From positions 41,561 through 105,560 of the forward strand of contig CADAXQ010000001.1 in NCBI GenBank assembly GCA_902791935.1: a DNA stretch of 64,000 bases. The letters are read 5' to 3'. This stretch comes from an uncultured Erysipelotrichaceae bacterium (GTDB lineage: Bacteria; Bacillota_I; Bacilli_A; RFN20; CAG-826). Below are positions 18,254-28,422 of this stretch, piece after piece (positions within the stretch are counted from its first letter, which is position 1; each line of letters opens with the position of its first letter). The translations under genes and the position numbers were made by a program. The notes beneath the pieces are model-generated. The model was given only the letters and a program-made list of their open reading frames with translations, searched no databases and was not told the DNA's origin.

Positions 18254-19138
18254 TTATTTCCGCGAAGCATACAAATCATAGGCACTCATGATGCGGCGCG
18301 TAGAAACTTCAGTGTAAATCTGGGTCGTTGCAATCTTGGCATGCCCTAACATCTCTTGCACGGCCCGTAACGAGGCGCCATTTTCTAATAAATGCGTCGC
18401 AAAGCAATGCCGTAACGTGTGCGGCGAGATAGAGGCTTCGATGCCCGCCGCTGCGGCATAACGCTTCACCTGCACAAAGAAATAATTCCGGGAGATTGGT
18501 TTCCCCTCGCGATTCAAAAACAAGACATTGCTCCGATGACCGGGGTTTCGCGCTCTTGGACCATTTACATATTTTTCTAAATATTCCAAGGCAAAAGATG
18601 AAATCGGGACCGTTCGTTCTTTGTTGCCTTTCCCATAGACTGTGACGAGCCCATCCGTCAAATTTACATTTTTAAATTGTAAAGATAATAATTCCGAAAC
18701 ACGGAGCCCGGTCGCATACATGACTTCGAGCATGGCACGATCGCGAATTCCGTTGTCTTTCGTGAGGTCGGGCATCGCAAAAAGACGATTGATATCTTCC
18801 TCATCGATGACGACCGGCAACCGTTTTGCCGGTTTTGGCTTGTCGTCATAAGATATCGGTCTTCCTTTCCTGATTCCTTCCGCCGAAAGGAAATTGAAAT
18901 AATGACGGAGGAAGCTATAACGGCGGAGAATGGTCGCCGCAGCCATGCCATTATTGTCTTCTTCGCGAAGAAACGTCGGAATCATGTCTTCATCAAGGTC
19001 TTTCGTGTCTTTCACGTCCGGAAACGAACGAAGAAAGATCTTAAAATCTTCGCGATAATCCTCGACGGTTGCCTTACTCGCGACATTTTCGAGGCGTAAA
19101 TTTTGTAAGAAATATTCTAACGATTCATGAATTTCCAT
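18254..19138 (-). CDS. xerD: tyrosine recombinase XerD-type
   Basis: C-terminal catalytic block HTLRHCFATHLLENGASLRAVQEMLGHAKIATTQIYTEV. It is adjacent to deoB as ripX-drm is in B. subtilis. Confidence 0.85.
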   Translation of the reverse strand: MEIHESLEYFLQNLRLENVASKATVEDYREDFKIFLRSFPDVKDTKDLDEDMIPTFLREEDNNGMAAATILRRYSFLRHYFNFLSAEGIRKGRPISYDDKPKPAKRLPVVIDEEDINRLFAMPDLTKDNGIRDRAMLEVMYATGLRVSELLSLQFKNVNLTDGLVTVYGKGNKERTVPISSFALEYLEKYVNGPRARNPGHRSNVLFLNREGKPISRNYFFVQVKRYAAAAGIEASISPHTLRHCFATHLLENGASLRAVQEMLGHAKIATTQIYTEVSTRRIMSAYDLYASRK

Positions 19139-20315
19139 CTTTTTTCTTCGCCTCGCTGGCTAATAATAAGGCTGGTTTATCCATTTTCCGGTTTAATTCG
19201 TTCACCAAAAGCTTCGTTTTATCGAGTTTTTCGTATTCTCCATAGTTCCAAAAATTCATTTGAACCGTTTCTTCGTGCGGATCCACGAGATTATCCAAGG
19301 CGACCCCGACCAAACGTGTCATCATGCCTAAATAATTTGCTTCATAGAGGCGGCAGGCATTCATATAGATGGTCTCGGGATCATCAGTGGCTTCACTTAA
19401 GGTGTTGGATTTCACATGGCTTCGGAATTCAGAATCTTTTAAGGTCAAGCGGATGGTTTTGCCTTTTTTCTTATCCCGTTTTACACCAGCCGCCACTTCC
19501 ATAGAAAGTTGGTGAATCTTGCTTTTAATAAAGTCGACGTCGTTCGTGTCGTAATCAAACGTTTCAGAGTGCCCTAATGACTTCGGATCCATCGGGGTCG
19601 GGTCGACGACATCGGAGCTCCGGCCATTCACGGCTGCTTTTAAAGAGGCGTACGACTTACCGAATAATTCCATGAGCCTTGGATCGTCCTTAGCGGCCAT
19701 CTTTTGAAAATCACCGATGGTTTGAATGCCGAGCGCCTGAAGATGCGGAACCGTTTTCTTTCCGATGCCAAAACAAGCGCCGACGGGCAAAGGATAAAGC
19801 TTTGTAGCTAAATCTTTTCGATAAATAAATGTAATGCCCATCGGCTTTTTCATATCGCTTGCCATCTTGGCTAAGAATTTCGTCGGGGCGACACCAATCG
19901 AGCATTTGAGACCGATTTCTTTTAAAAGGCCTGCTTGGATGTTCCCGAAATACCGATAGGCATCATGAACGTGTTGGGTCGCTTTCGTCATGTCCACATA
20001 TCCTTCATCAATCGATGCTTCCTCGATGATTAAGGAATACCGCTTCAAATAAGCAAAAAATGAGCGGGACAGCATGGAGTAATAGCCAAAATCTGGCGGC
20101 ACAAAGATCGCCTGCGGACAAAGTTCCTTGGCTTGGTAATAAGGCATGGCGGAGTGCACGCCATAAGCGCGGGCTTGATAAGAAGCCGTCGCCACCACAG
20201 AACGGGGACTTTCTCCTGCGACAACGATAGGCTTGCCACTCCATTCAGGATGGCGCAGCTCTTCGGCACAGGCGAAGAAAGCGTTGAGATCGATATGCAT
20301 GATGACCTTGCTCAT
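19125..20315 (-). CDS. dinB: DNA polymerase IV (Y-family)
   Basis: IMHIDLNAFFACAE and SIDEGYVDMT motifs, 396 aa. Confidence 0.92.
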   Translation of the reverse strand: MSKVIMHIDLNAFFACAEELRHPEWSGKPIVVAGESPRSVVATASYQARAYGVHSAMPYYQAKELCPQAIFVPPDFGYYSMLSRSFFAYLKRYSLIIEEASIDEGYVDMTKATQHVHDAYRYFGNIQAGLLKEIGLKCSIGVAPTKFLAKMASDMKKPMGITFIYRKDLATKLYPLPVGACFGIGKKTVPHLQALGIQTIGDFQKMAAKDDPRLMELFGKSYASLKAAVNGRSSDVVDPTPMDPKSLGHSETFDYDTNDVDFIKSKIHQLSMEVAAGVKRDKKKGKTIRLTLKDSEFRSHVKSNTLSEATDDPETIYMNACRLYEANYLGMMTRLVGVALDNLVDPHEETVQMNFWNYGEYEKLDKTKLLVNELNRKMDKPALLLASEAKKKDGNS

Positions 20316-20371
20316 AGCAATCTCATTGTAACCGAAATCAAGGAGTGATGTCGGTAAGAAAACGGAATGAA

Positions 20372-22243
20372 TTATTTTCTTTCGATGTCAAGCGAAACTT
20401 GATCGACAGATAGACCAAAACGTTTTTCTTGATGGTCAACCGAATCATAAGAAACGAATGTTTGAGGAACGGCGTAATATCGGAACTTTCCGGCATAATG
20501 ATGTTCAAATAAGTATTTTTCTACCGATTTCGTAAAACCTTCGGTAGTGCCATATGGGTCATAGACGATGATTTCGGGGCAGACAAGGAATTTTTCTAAC
20601 GTTTTCTCATCAATTGGGTTTAAGAACAAAGGACGGACAAAATTTGCTTGGTAACCATCCAGTAATAATTTACTGAATAATTGTTCCCCTTTTGGTCCAA
20701 CAGCGAGAATTACCGATTTATCGTTTTGAATCGGGGTTAGGACTTTCCAATCTCCAAAGTCGAAAATGTCGGATTTCACTTCCCCATTTGGATGCTTTGT
20801 CCAGGCATTGGGATAACGAATGGCGAAGACACCATGGCCTTTTTCGAGTGATAACGCCATAAGCCGTTTTGCTTCAGAGAACGTTCCTGGCATGCTGACG
20901 GTCACGTTAGGAATCGCCGCGAGATAAGCTTCGTCATAAATGCCCATATGGGTTTCGCCATCTTTGCCAACCAGGCCAGCGCGATCAATGCACAAAGTCA
21001 TGTCGGCATGAATCCGGGCGCAATCATGTAAAAGTTCATCAAACCCACGTTGTAAAAACGTAGAATATATCGAAAGAATCGGATGATAACCAGTCAATGA
21101 TAAGCTTCCGGCCATTGTGACGGCGTGTTCTTCGGCTATGCCGACATCAAATGAACGTTCTGGGAAATCGGTAAAACAGGATTCTAGTTTGCTCCCCTTC
21201 TCCATCGCGGGACAAATCAGTAAGGTGTTCGGAACGCTTTCCAAGGCGGTATGAATCAAATCGCCCATGTAACTCGGCCACGCAATTTGCCCCTCATGGG
21301 CATCTTTCGGAAGTCCTGTTTCGATATCAAACGGAGGCACGCCATGCCATTCGCCGGTTTTGTCTTTTTCGGCGGGTTCATAACCTTTTCCTTTGATGGT
21401 ATGAACGTGGATAACGACCGATTTCGTCGCGTTTTCTGCGCCTTTAAACGCCTTTTCTAGCAAATGGATATTATGGCCATCCACTGGACCCATGTAGGTA
21501 AAGCCCATGTTATCGAACATCGTGGTCGGCACAAGCATTTGTTTGACACGACGTTTGATGAAATAGGTAAATTGGTAAAAGCCACGTCCTACTGCCGTTC
21601 GATATAACACGCGTTGATAGCCGGCCTTCATGTGGTTATAGGCTTTTGCCGTCGAGATTTTCCGGAAGAAACGGCCTAAACCGCCGATCGGACGGGAGAT
21701 TGACATGTGGTTGTCATTCAAAATCACGATGACTTTATTCCGACGGCATCCAATATTGTTTAAGGCCTCAAAAGCAAGGCCGTTCGCAATAGAGGCATCC
21801 CCAATTAAGGCGATAACGTTATATTTTTCTCCTTTGAGGTCACGCGCAATCGCGAATGCTTCAGCAGCCGATAACGAAGTCGAACTATGACCGGCTTCGA
21901 AACAGTCATAAATCGATTCGTCACGGCGTAAAAAGCCCGATACACCGCCATTTTCATTTAAATGATCCAGGCTTCTGCCCGTTAAAAGTTTGTGGGCGTA
22001 ACATTGATGCCCAACATCGAAAATCAATTTGTCTTTTGGGAAATCAAAAAATCGATACAAGGCGACAATGAGTTCAACAACACCAAGATTGCTTGCCAAA
22101 TGCCCGCCATGGACCGAACAAGCTTCGATAATTTCTTTTCTCAGGTCATGGCAAAGCAATTTCAAAGAACGGGAGTCCAAAGTTTTCACAATGGACGGAT
22201 CTCGAATCTCTCTTACGTTGATGCGTTGTATTTCCTTGGCCAT
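20372..22243 (-). CDS. dxs: 1-deoxy-D-xylulose-5-phosphate synthase
   Basis: GGHLASNLGVVEL, the GDASIANGLAFEALN TPP motif, 623 aa. The xseA-xseB-dxs order is as in Bacillus. Confidence 0.95.
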   Translation of the reverse strand: MAKEIQRINVREIRDPSIVKTLDSRSLKLLCHDLRKEIIEACSVHGGHLASNLGVVELIVALYRFFDFPKDKLIFDVGHQCYAHKLLTGRSLDHLNENGGVSGFLRRDESIYDCFEAGHSSTSLSAAEAFAIARDLKGEKYNVIALIGDASIANGLAFEALNNIGCRRNKVIVILNDNHMSISRPIGGLGRFFRKISTAKAYNHMKAGYQRVLYRTAVGRGFYQFTYFIKRRVKQMLVPTTMFDNMGFTYMGPVDGHNIHLLEKAFKGAENATKSVVIHVHTIKGKGYEPAEKDKTGEWHGVPPFDIETGLPKDAHEGQIAWPSYMGDLIHTALESVPNTLLICPAMEKGSKLESCFTDFPERSFDVGIAEEHAVTMAGSLSLTGYHPILSIYSTFLQRGFDELLHDCARIHADMTLCIDRAGLVGKDGETHMGIYDEAYLAAIPNVTVSMPGTFSEAKRLMALSLEKGHGVFAIRYPNAWTKHPNGEVKSDIFDFGDWKVLTPIQNDKSVILAVGPKGEQLFSKLLLDGYQANFVRPLFLNPIDEKTLEKFLVCPEIIVYDPYGTTEGFTKSVEKYLFEHHYAGKFRYYAVPQTFVSYDSVDHQEKRFGLSVDQVSLDIERK

Positions 22244-22297
22244 TTTTTATACTTAAAAAATACTAAATTTAAACTAATTATAGAACGGTAAAATCGA

Positions 22298-22504
22298 TTA
22301 TTCTTTCGATGTATCCTTAAGTTTTTCCACTTCTTTCTGCGCATTATCTAAAGTTGTCTTTAATTCTTTGATTAATGCCATTCCTTCTTGATAAAGCGCA
22401 AACGATTCTTCTAAAGGAAGCACAGAATTTTCAGTTTTTTTGACAATCTCGTTCAACCGATTTAAGTTGTCTTCGAAAGATTTTGCTTTTTTCTTTTCCG
22501 CCAT
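22298..22504 (-). CDS. xseB: exodeoxyribonuclease VII small subunit
   Basis: 68 aa with the FEDNLNRLNEIVKKTE...LPLEES..LYQEG pattern. It follows xseA. Confidence 0.9.
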   Translation of the reverse strand: MAEKKKAKSFEDNLNRLNEIVKKTENSVLPLEESFALYQEGMALIKELKTTLDNAQKEVEKLKDTSKE

Positions 22505-22505
22505 A

Positions 22506-23720
22506 TTAGTTTTTCCCTTCTTCGATGGTAGAAACGATTATACCATCTTTCAATTTTGTGTTGAGTCGTTGCCCTTTATGGGCTTGTTTCACGGAAGTAA
22601 TAGGCTTCCCTGATTCGTCTAGCGTGACGGAGTAGCCGCGTTTAATCACATTATCGGGATTCACGGACTTTAATCTAGCCGCGTAGCCTTCGAGTTGCTT
22701 TTGTGCCAGCAACAAGCGATGTTGCTCCGCTAAAGTCAAGCGTTCTTCGAGGTTTTTTGTCTCTTTAATCGCATTTTCGTACAAGGAAGCAGGATTCGTA
22801 AAGAATGGCCGTTTGGCTAAATGCTCAACTTGTTGTCTGAGATTGCTCATATAGGTCTCGTTCGCATTCTCGAGTCGTTCTTCTAAATCCAGTAACTGTC
22901 GCCGAATCTCTTCTTGATCGGGGGTTGCCGCTTCCGCTGCTCCCGTCGGCGTAGAAACGCGTAAATCCGAAACGTAGTCGATTAACGTCGTATCGATTTC
23001 ATGTCCAACTGCCGAAATGGTCGGAATCGGACAAGCAGCAACAGCGCGGACCAGTTTCTCGTCGTTAAAAGCGGAAAGGTCTTCGCTAGAGCCGCCGCCA
23101 CGCGCGATGATTAAAGTATCAAGTGGATAGGTTTCTGCCGTTTCTAGGGCCGTTAAAATGCTTTTAGGGGCATCTTTGCCTTGAACCTGTGCGGGGAATA
23201 GATAAATATCGGTCAATGGCCAACGTCTCGTGATGTTACGAATTAAGTCCGCCTCAGCTGCGCTGTCTTTTCCCACAATTAAGCCAATGGCATCGGGAAA
23301 ACGCGGAATCGGCCGTTTCCGGCTCTCGTCGAATAATCCTTCGGCGGCCAGCTTCTTTTTTAACGCTTCTAACGCCAATAACGCCGCGCCTTGGCCAAAC
23401 GGATAAATCATCGCCACTTGTAAGCTATAACGGCCGCGTGGAACGTAAACGGTGACGTTGCCATAGGCGATCACTTCATCTCCATCTTTGGGTTCGAACG
23501 GCAAATAAAGATAATTATCAGACCACAAAATGCAAGATATGACGCTGCCTTTTTCGTCTTTCAGGTCGAAAAAGACGCCGCTTCGATAACGTTTCCAATT
23601 GGAAATCTCTCCTTTGACGGCAAGGCCACGTAAATCGTCCTCTTCTTCTAGTTTGTGCTTGATTAACGTATTGAGGACAGTAACGGAAATATAAGAAATC
23701 GATGGTTTTGGATCTGGCAT
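22506..23720 (-). CDS. xseA: exodeoxyribonuclease VII large subunit
   Basis: OB fold at the N-terminus, the IIARGGGSSEDL motif, 404 aa. Confidence 0.93.
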   Translation of the reverse strand: MPDPKPSISYISVTVLNTLIKHKLEEEDDLRGLAVKGEISNWKRYRSGVFFDLKDEKGSVISCILWSDNYLYLPFEPKDGDEVIAYGNVTVYVPRGRYSLQVAMIYPFGQGAALLALEALKKKLAAEGLFDESRKRPIPRFPDAIGLIVGKDSAAEADLIRNITRRWPLTDIYLFPAQVQGKDAPKSILTALETAETYPLDTLIIARGGGSSEDLSAFNDEKLVRAVAACPIPTISAVGHEIDTTLIDYVSDLRVSTPTGAAEAATPDQEEIRRQLLDLEERLENANETYMSNLRQQVEHLAKRPFFTNPASLYENAIKETKNLEERLTLAEQHRLLLAQKQLEGYAARLKSVNPDNVIKRGYSVTLDESGKPITSVKQAHKGQRLNTKLKDGIIVSTIEEGKN

Positions 23721-23725
23721 CCTTC

Positions 23726-24133
23726 TTATTGTACCAGGACTTTATCTAAAATCGCGTTGACAAACTTATAATCTTTCGCGTCCAAATACGTTTTCGCGAA
23801 ATCAACGGCCACATTGATGACAATTTTGCGGTCGGTTTTCTCATCACCATAAAAATATTGGCAATACGCCAATAACAAGATGGCTTGCTCTAAATGATTC
23901 AGACGTGAGAATTGCCATTTCGGCATTCTAGCTTGATAAATCGGGATAATTTCGGCTTGATGCTTCAAGGCGGCGATAAACATCCGTTTGACGAAGGCGT
24001 CGCACTTTTCGTAAGGAAGATCGCAAAGGCCGGATACCATTTCTTCTACGTCTACGGGCAAGCCTGCTTCTGCGTAGAGCAAGGCGTCATAGATGCAAGT
24101 CAGGGCGGTTTTTTGTGCTTCTGTGCGGTACAT
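23726..24133 (-). CDS. nusB: transcription antitermination factor NusB
   Basis: About 135 aa helical protein with the NusB pattern (R.EAQK.AL..IY; FVNAILDKV). The yqhY-nusB-xseA order is as in Bacillus. ATG at 24133 is preferred over the TTG at 24145. Confidence 0.85.
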   Translation of the reverse strand: MYRTEAQKTALTCIYDALLYAEAGLPVDVEEMVSGLCDLPYEKCDAFVKRMFIAALKHQAEIIPIYQARMPKWQFSRLNHLEQAILLLAYCQYFYGDEKTDRKIVINVAVDFAKTYLDAKDYKFVNAILDKVLVQ

Positions 24134-24227
24134 AACAAAGATCAAGTTCCTACGAACGGTAGAAAGTTTACACTAAAGTTCACTTTATTACGAGAGGAAA
24201 GAAGCGCTTTCTTCGACTTTTTGAACA

Positions 24228-24259
24228 AAAGAAAAAGCCAAGCGTAGAATCGCTTGGCT
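24228..24259 (-). terminator. rho-independent terminator after the asp23-like gene
   Basis: AGCCAAGCG (24236-24244) pairs with CGCTTGGCT (24251-24259). On the minus strand the stem is followed by TTTTTCTTTT. Confidence 0.8.
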
Positions 24260-24269
24260 AAAGGATGAA

Positions 24270-24611
24270 TCAGTGAAGCGTGGAAACTTTGATTTCAATG
24301 GAGAAAGGAACGGTCTCACACATCATCAAAATCGCGTCGGCAACGTGGTTTTGGATCTCTGCGCAGACATCTTTCACTGGAACGCCACGTTTAATTGAAA
24401 CATCGAGTTTGATTTCCACTTTGCCATCTTTCCGGAAAACAACGGAAACCGGACGGTCCAAAAGGAATGGGAGTTTCTTATTTCGCGAAGCGACCGAAGC
24501 GTTTTGCACTTGGTTCGTCGCGATGGAAGCAATTTTCGTGAACGCTTTCCGAGAAATGCCCATTTTTCCGCGGTTGCTATAGTGATTGAGGTAATAGTAT
24601 TCGCTTGCCAT
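24270..24611 (-). CDS. Asp23/Gls24-family (YqhY-like) protein
   Basis: 113 aa, MGISRKAFTKIASIA...VEIKLDVSIKRGVPVKDVCAEIQNHV is typical of the Asp23 family. Its position upstream of nusB matches yqhY. Confidence 0.85.
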   Translation of the reverse strand: MASEYYYLNHYSNRGKMGISRKAFTKIASIATNQVQNASVASRNKKLPFLLDRPVSVVFRKDGKVEIKLDVSIKRGVPVKDVCAEIQNHVADAILMMCETVPFSIEIKVSTLH

Positions 24612-24649
24612 GGCTTTATTGTAATGAAATTCGATATGAAAGACCAGTT

Positions 24650-26623
24650 TTAGGGTCGGATCCAGCCAAGAATCTTGGCCGTGACTTGTTCTGGGGTGAA
24701 GCCAAGGTCTTTGACAACCGCTGCTGCCGGTGCACTTTCGCCATAACGGTCTAAAGAGACAACGTGATCAGCAAAGCGATACCAAGTATCACCGGCCAAC
24801 ATCTCGAGCGCGATGCGTTTTGAGCGAGGCAAAGATAAGACGGCATCTTGTTTTTCTTGCGGCAAAGACAAGAACCGTTCCGTCGAAGGCATCGAAATGA
24901 CTTCTGTATCGATTCCTTGGGACAAAAGCTGTTGTTGCACGGAAACGGCGAGCGAAACTTCGCTTCCCGAAGCAATAAGCTGATACATGGCTTTGCCTTT
25001 GGCAGGGGCAATCACATAGGCGCCATTCTTGACGCCTTCTTCTGAAGATTTCGCTTCTAAAGGAAGGTTTTGTCTTGTCAAAATGATGGCGGTCGGATGG
25101 TCTTTGCTATCTAACGCAAGTTTCCAAGCCGCGAACGTTTCGCGGTCATCGCAAGGACGGATGACGTCGGCTCCTGGCATCGTACGTAACGCCGCCAATT
25201 GTTCAATCGGCTCATGGGTCGGGCCATCTTCTCCGACGGCAATCGTATCGTGGCTAAAGAGATAAATCGCGGGGATGTGTTCTAAGCAAGCCATCCGGAT
25301 GGCGCTCTTCATATAGTCGCTAAAGACTAAGAACGAGCCGACATAAGGAATGACTCCGCCATGGAGCAACATACCGTTTTGAGCAGCAGCCATCGCGAAT
25401 TCACGAATGCCAAAGTCAATGTTCTTCGCATTGCGGTGATTGGCGTCAAATCCCGTATTGTCCGGCAAAATTGTCTTTACGGACGAGGCGACGTCAGCAC
25501 TGCCGCCGAACGTGAATGGAATGGCAGAAGACAAAGCCACTAAGAATCTTCCCGAGGCATTCCGGGTCGATTCTTCCATCTTGATTTCGGGATCCGCAAA
25601 CGAATAGGCCTTCCAGTTCCGGCTAAACGCATTTTTCCAGTCTTCCGCGGCTTCAGGGTGTTTCGTATCCCAAGCCGCCTTTTTGTCCTCATAATGCGCA
25701 TAGGCCTCGGCACCGCGCTTTCCAAAGGAATCACGTAAGTCGGCATACACTTCTTCAGGCACCGTAAAAGCGGGATAGTCATAGTGATAGAACGCTTTCG
25801 TTCCTGCCGCATCCGCGGCACTTAATGGGGCGCCATGCGTCTTGTGAGAACCCGCGTTTTCACTGCCATAGCCGATGATGGTATGGAGATGAATCATGGT
25901 CGGACGCGAAGAGCCTTTTGCTTTTGCGATGGCGTTAGAAATAGCGGAAACATCGTTGCCATCGAAGATTTCGATGACATTCCAACCTGCCGCTTCAAAA
26001 CGGAGATTCTCATTTTCCGTCATGGAATCAGACGTCGGTCCGTCTAATGTCGAAGTATTTTCGTCGTAAATCAAAATGAGTTTATTGAGCGCTAAATGGC
26101 CAGCTAAGGAAATCGCTTCTTGCGAAATGCCTTCTTCTAAGCAGCCATCGCCACAAAGGCAATAGGTGTAATGGCCATAAAAGTCCTTGGCGTCAGGATA
26201 GGAAGCGCAAATTTTCGCTTCTGCCATTGCCATGCCGACCGCTTGGCCAATGCCTTGCCCTAATGGGCCAGCCGTCGCATCCACACCGGCAGTAACACCA
26301 TATTCAGGATGGCCTGGCGTTCTTGAATGTAATTGCCGAAATTGCTTTAAATCATCGATGGTAACATCATATCCCGCGATATGAAGCATCGCGTAAAGGA
26401 GCGCACTATTGTGGCCACTAGAAAGGACGAAACGGTCGCGGTTCTCCCACTTAGGATGTTTCGGATCGGCGATTAAATGGTCGTGATAGAGCGCATACAT
26501 CGCAGGGGCAACGTCGAGTGCCATCCCAGGATGGCCGCTCTTTGCTTGTTCAATTTCGTCGAGTAGCAAGCAACGGATGGCAGCAACAGACAATTCGCAG
26601 GACGACAGTTTCGATTCCGACAT
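24650..26623 (-). CDS. tkt: transketolase
   Basis: SGHPGMALD, GDGCLEEGISQEA and GEDGPTHEPIEQL motifs, 657 aa. Confidence 0.96.
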   Translation of the reverse strand: MSESKLSSCELSVAAIRCLLLDEIEQAKSGHPGMALDVAPAMYALYHDHLIADPKHPKWENRDRFVLSSGHNSALLYAMLHIAGYDVTIDDLKQFRQLHSRTPGHPEYGVTAGVDATAGPLGQGIGQAVGMAMAEAKICASYPDAKDFYGHYTYCLCGDGCLEEGISQEAISLAGHLALNKLILIYDENTSTLDGPTSDSMTENENLRFEAAGWNVIEIFDGNDVSAISNAIAKAKGSSRPTMIHLHTIIGYGSENAGSHKTHGAPLSAADAAGTKAFYHYDYPAFTVPEEVYADLRDSFGKRGAEAYAHYEDKKAAWDTKHPEAAEDWKNAFSRNWKAYSFADPEIKMEESTRNASGRFLVALSSAIPFTFGGSADVASSVKTILPDNTGFDANHRNAKNIDFGIREFAMAAAQNGMLLHGGVIPYVGSFLVFSDYMKSAIRMACLEHIPAIYLFSHDTIAVGEDGPTHEPIEQLAALRTMPGADVIRPCDDRETFAAWKLALDSKDHPTAIILTRQNLPLEAKSSEEGVKNGAYVIAPAKGKAMYQLIASGSEVSLAVSVQQQLLSQGIDTEVISMPSTERFLSLPQEKQDAVLSLPRSKRIALEMLAGDTWYRFADHVVSLDRYGESAPAAAVVKDLGFTPEQVTAKILGWIRP

Positions 26624-26689
26624 TTTTCTTCTCCTTTTAGTCGTTTTTTAGTGTTTTATCGACATTTCCTATTATCTTAGATAATAGAA

Positions 26690-28420
26690 CTACTCCTTCT
26701 TTATTTCGATACCAACGGTATCTAACGCTTCTTGACTCACGGTCGAAGGCGCTTTCGACATCGGGTCAACGGCTTGTAAGTTCTTTGGGAAGGCAACAAC
26801 ATCACGAATGTTGTCGGTGCCACAGAGAATCATGGAAAGACGTTCGAGTCCGAGGGCGAAGCCAGCATGGGGTGGCACGCCATATTGGAAGGCGCGTAAG
26901 AACCAGCCAAACTTACGTTCGACGTCTTCGTCGCTTAAGCCGAGCAAGCGGAAAATCTTCCACTGCGTATCGTGATCGTAGATACGAAGCGTTCCTCCAC
27001 CGGCTTCATAACCATTGATGACGATGTCATAGGCGTAAGCAAGCACGGAAGCTGGGTCCGTATCAAGCAAAGGCAAATCTTCATCACGAGGACGCGTGAA
27101 TGGATGGTGTTCAGCCGTGAAACGATTCGTTCCTTCGATGGGATCGAACATCGGGAAGTTCACTACCCAAAGCAAATCATAGGTTCCTGGCTTCACGAGG
27201 CCGAGTTCCTTCGAATATAACGTACGGATAGCGCCTAAACCGAAATCAATATCGCGCCGATCGTCGCTCGAAGCCACCAATAAGACGTCACCGTCGTTCC
27301 AGCCTAGTTTTTGCATTAAGGCCGCTTGAACATTCTCTGGCAAGAATTTCACGACGGAGCCTTCTAACGCCCCACCAATCTTTTTGATGGCAATCACGCC
27401 TTTGAGATTGAATTTACGAGCTTCTAACGATAACGTATCCACTTTCTTCCGGCTCGTCTCCGCTGCCACTCCTGGCACCAAGATGCCTTTGACATAGCGG
27501 GCGTTCTTAAAACCTTCGAATGAGGAAGCATGGAATTCTTCCGTTAAATCGTTGAGCTTTAAGCCATAGCGGGTATCGGGTTTGTCAGAACCATATTGAT
27601 CCATGGCATCCCAGTAGTTCATCCGCCGTAACGGCAGCTTGATATCGACATTTACAATTTCCTTAAAATAACGAGAAAGCAGTCCTTCCGCTAAGGTCAA
27701 AACTTGATCTTGATCCATGAAGGACATTTCCACGTCGATTTGGGTGAATTCCGGTTGGCGGTCAGCCCGTAAGTCTTCATCGCGGAAGCAACGAGCAATC
27801 TGATAATAACGTTCAATGCCGCCAATCATCAAAAGCTGTTTGAAGAGCTGTGGAGATTGTGGCAACGCATAGAAGCAGCCATGGCGAAGCCGCGAGGGGA
27901 CCAAATAGTCACGGGCACCTTCGGGGGTAGCCAAATCCAAAATCGGAGTCTCCACCTCTAAAAAGCGGTTCGCATCGAGGTATTCGTGCGTTAAACGAAC
28001 GATTTTGGCACGGGTGCGGAGATTATTCAGCATGCAAGGACGGCGTAAATCGAGATAACGATATTCAAGTCTCGTATCTTCGAGCGCATCGGTCTTATCG
28101 GCAATGATAAACGGCGTCGTATCCGCTTTGTTAATGACTTTGAGTTCCTTGACAACGACTTCGATTTCACCCGTTGGGAGCTTTGGATTCGGCACGTCCT
28201 TTTTCCGTACGGCGCCTTTTACTTGAAGCACGTATTCATTACGGACGTCAGGAACTTTCGAAGGATCTTCAACACAAAGTTGCACAATCCCCGTATTATC
28301 GCGCAAATCAATAAATTCGATGGCCCCAAGGTTACGTCTTGTCGAAACCCAGCCTACCAACGTGACTTCACGGCCCGCGTCTTTCGCGCGTAGCTCGCCA
28401 TTATAATCGGTACGTTCCAT
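26690..28420 (-). CDS. aspS: aspartate--tRNA ligase
   Basis: Class II motifs (FRDEDLRADRQPEFTQID; GGGTLRIYD; GLERL), 576 aa. It follows hisS. Confidence 0.96.
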   Translation of the reverse strand: MERTDYNGELRAKDAGREVTLVGWVSTRRNLGAIEFIDLRDNTGIVQLCVEDPSKVPDVRNEYVLQVKGAVRKKDVPNPKLPTGEIEVVVKELKVINKADTTPFIIADKTDALEDTRLEYRYLDLRRPCMLNNLRTRAKIVRLTHEYLDANRFLEVETPILDLATPEGARDYLVPSRLRHGCFYALPQSPQLFKQLLMIGGIERYYQIARCFRDEDLRADRQPEFTQIDVEMSFMDQDQVLTLAEGLLSRYFKEIVNVDIKLPLRRMNYWDAMDQYGSDKPDTRYGLKLNDLTEEFHASSFEGFKNARYVKGILVPGVAAETSRKKVDTLSLEARKFNLKGVIAIKKIGGALEGSVVKFLPENVQAALMQKLGWNDGDVLLVASSDDRRDIDFGLGAIRTLYSKELGLVKPGTYDLLWVVNFPMFDPIEGTNRFTAEHHPFTRPRDEDLPLLDTDPASVLAYAYDIVINGYEAGGGTLRIYDHDTQWKIFRLLGLSDEDVERKFGWFLRAFQYGVPPHAGFALGLERLSMILCGTDNIRDVVAFPKNLQAVDPMSKAPSTVSQEALDTVGIEIKKE

Positions 28421-28422
28421 AA

